Below, in pieces: positions 61,827-64,000 of a DNA stretch of 64,000 nucleotides. A program made the translations under genes and the position numbers. Each line of letters begins with the position of its first letter. The first letter of the stretch is position 1. The stretch is from a bacterium (lineage in GTDB: Bacteria; Bacteroidota; Ignavibacteria; UBA10030): NCBI GenBank assembly GCA_043803945.1, contig JAZDJN010000095.1, forward strand, positions 1 to 64,000, in the 5' to 3' direction. A model generated the notes under the pieces. It was not told where the DNA came from and ran no database searches. It saw only the letters and a program-made list of their open reading frames with translations.

Positions 61827-63281
61827 CTAGCGACCATTTATCGATAATCGGCGACGAAGCAATTCTATGTTTTGTTTGAATGACTGGTCCGTTTTAGCTC
61901 GTTCGTCGACTGATTGAATAGAATGGATAACAGTACTGTGATCTCTGCCTCCAAAATGGAGTCCAACAGTTTTTAGAGAGGAATGGGTCAATTCCTTTGC
62001 AAGATACATGGCAACCTGGCGAGCCGTAACGACCTCCTGTTTTCTGGTCTTAGCCCGCAGAAGATCTTCAGGGATATCGAAAAATTCACACACTGTCTTC
62101 TGAATCAGGTCAATTGTAACGGGGGATCTTTTATCGCTTACGACAACGCGGAGCACATCCTTTGCCAAATCGAGGTTTATTTCCCTGTTGTCAAGAGAAG
62201 AATGGGCTATAAGACTTATTAAGCATCCTTCCAACTCTCGCACATTGCTTGTGACATTCGTGGCAATAAAATCAATAACGTCCTGAGGGAGTTCGACACC
62301 GCTGTCGGTACTTTTTTTCTGGAGGATAGCGAGGCGTGTTTCAAAATCAGGAGGCTGAATATCTGCCGTCAAGCCGCTCTGAAAACGGGATATCAGACGT
62401 TCATCAAGCCCCTTGAGTTCTTTTGGAGGGACATCAGACGAGAGTACAATTTGTTTGCCGAGTTGATACAGGGTATTAAATGTATGAAAAAAATTATCCT
62501 GGGTCTTTTCTTTTCCTGCAAAGAACTGAATATCATCGAGGATAAGAAGATCCATGCCACGATAAAAATGAGAAAATTCATTCACCTTGTCTGACTGAAT
62601 AGACTCAACAAATTCAATTGTGAATTTCTCGCTTGAGACGTAAATACCTTTTTTTACCGAACCAAGTTTTAACGACTGGTTTCCAAGGGCATGCATAAGG
62701 TGTGTTTTTCCCAAACCGGTACCGCCATAAATTACCAAAGGATTAAAAGATGTTCCCCCCGGGTTATTCGCTACCGCCATTGCCGCTGCCCGAGCAAGTT
62801 GATTGCTATCGCCTTTAATGAAATTTTCAAAGGTATATTTCGAATTTAAATTACTGTGTGCAATTGAAAATTCGGATTGTCGTGAAGAAATTGATGGCGG
62901 GGAAAAACCGTTGTAATTTGAAAAAGGAGCACCGCCGGAATGCATCCGTTGCGGATTGGGAGAAAAGGGTAAACTCCTTTGAGCCTCTTCCTCAGGCTCT
63001 TCTGCCGAAACGGCATAGAACAACTTGGCCTCAGGTCCAAGGACAGAGGTAATAACATCCCTAATCAGCGAGTTATAATGCTGGTCAATCCAATCGTAAA
63101 AGAATTGATTGGGAACTTGCACGGTAAGTTCTTGATCAATCAGCTTCAAAGGAACCATGGGTTGAAACCATGTCTTAAAGCTAAGACTTGTAACTTTTGT
63201 CTGAATGACAGAAAGGCATTGGTTCCAGACCTCGTTTGCCGGGCTATTCAGATTAGGATGTTGTTGAGTATCTCTCTTCAT
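61827..63281 (-). CDS. dnaA: Chromosomal replication initiator DnaA
   Basis: YTFENF, GGTGLGKTHL, DDIQF, SNVRELEG, GGRDHSTV. Confidence 0.98.
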   Translation of the reverse strand: MKRDTQQHPNLNSPANEVWNQCLSVIQTKVTSLSFKTWFQPMVPLKLIDQELTVQVPNQFFYDWIDQHYNSLIRDVITSVLGPEAKLFYAVSAEEPEEEAQRSLPFSPNPQRMHSGGAPFSNYNGFSPPSISSRQSEFSIAHSNLNSKYTFENFIKGDSNQLARAAAMAVANNPGGTSFNPLVIYGGTGLGKTHLMHALGNQSLKLGSVKKGIYVSSEKFTIEFVESIQSDKVNEFSHFYRGMDLLILDDIQFFAGKEKTQDNFFHTFNTLYQLGKQIVLSSDVPPKELKGLDERLISRFQSGLTADIQPPDFETRLAILQKKSTDSGVELPQDVIDFIATNVTSNVRELEGCLISLIAHSSLDNREINLDLAKDVLRVVVSDKRSPVTIDLIQKTVCEFFDIPEDLLRAKTRKQEVVTARQVAMYLAKELTHSSLKTVGLHFGGRDHSTVIHSIQSVDERAKTDQSFKQNIELLRRRLSINGR

Positions 63282-63328
63282 TGAAATTCATATCATATTA
63301 GCAGGGATAACCGCAAGAAACAGACAAC

Positions 63329-63542
63329 TTATCAACAGAGATGTCTACATTGTGCGAAGCGCCACAAAAAATCAAGGCTCTAAAAATGTGACAGCAAAAA
63401 ACATTATCAACATAAAAACCGCAGTAAATTGATAGTATTAATAACAGAGAGAAAAGATAATAACAGTATTATCAACAACGGTCCCGTTGCTCATAGGAGA
63501 AGTGCAACCACCTCTCTAAAGTTTATTAACATCTTGTCAACA
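63329..63542. promoter_or_regulatory. DnaA-box array upstream of dnaA (variant TTATCAACA)
   Basis: TTATCAACA at 63329, 63404, 63469; TTATTAACA at 63523; TTGTCAACA at 63534; all in one orientation. Confidence 0.75.
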
Positions 63543-63810
63543 AGAAATTATGTGATTTAACACTAAGGAATAATAGCATGTCAACCCTGTGGATGCAATA
63601 GAAAAAGTCACAAAATAAGTTTTTAGGTATTCATTGATTTGTAACGTAACCTGTATCTATGAATGGTAAGACACAAATAAGTGAGAGCAAGATCACAATA
63701 GAATGGTCATGAGAGAAAAATATAACGACATGGAGTTAAACAAGAAAGGTTCTTGTAAGTGCGATGCTATTTTTGTAATTTTGTATAGAAAAACACATAA
63801 AGGAGAACTA

Positions 63811-63957
63811 ATGAAAAGAACATTTCAACCACACAATCGCAAAAGAAAAAACAGCCACGGATTTCGGGCTCGCATGGCTACGAAAAACGGAAGAAAAGTC
63901 CTCAGTCGACGCCGAGCCAAAGGTCGACACAAACTTACTGTAAGTGACGAACGATAG
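63811..63957 (+). CDS. rpmH: 50S ribosomal protein L34
   Basis: [22 protein letters not shown]; AAGGAG RBS. Confidence 0.97.
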   Translation: MKRTFQPHNRKRKNSHGFRARMATKNGRKVLSRRRAKGRHKLTVSDER

Positions 63958-64000
63958 CAGTCAAATACCAATCGCTAAGCCGCGTCGATATCTCCTGAAG

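Noticed and set aside
63703-63810. N-terminal extension of L34
   Set aside because: The canonical start with RBS is at 63811.

Overview
Bacterial chromosomal window, probably from an Ignavibacteria/Bacteroidota-like (FCB) organism. This is inferred from four proteins ending in the 'NYPNPFN' T9SS/FlgD-type C-terminal domain and from a complete moxR-bat operon. The right end is the replication origin region (rpmH | dnaA-oriC-dnaN-recF-dciA-gyrB-gyrA); gyrB carries one in-frame TAA. The left part holds housekeeping genes (yicC-gmk-rpoZ-coaBC-udg-mntP, rqcH) interleaved with AT-rich secreted FG-GAP genes, an IS630 end, several deletion-scarred pseudogenes and REP-like palindromes. The best candidate for a new system is an accessory block beside tRNA-Gly (about 24.0-32.8 kb, minus strand): antitoxin, RelE-like toxin, divergent ECF-like sigma, soluble zinc-binding anti-sigma, then a membrane-anchored ATPase-less Lon (Ser-Lys) protease with an extracytoplasmic propeller-like domain (split by one in-frame TAG), followed by two T9SS cargo genes. 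It resembles a receptor-activated analogue of CalpL-CalpT-CalpS. Also notable: 19-71 bp palindromes inserted into each other and into a duplicated tRNA 3' half, and perfect DnaA boxes about 54 kb from oriC. All family calls come from motif recognition by eye; no searches were run.
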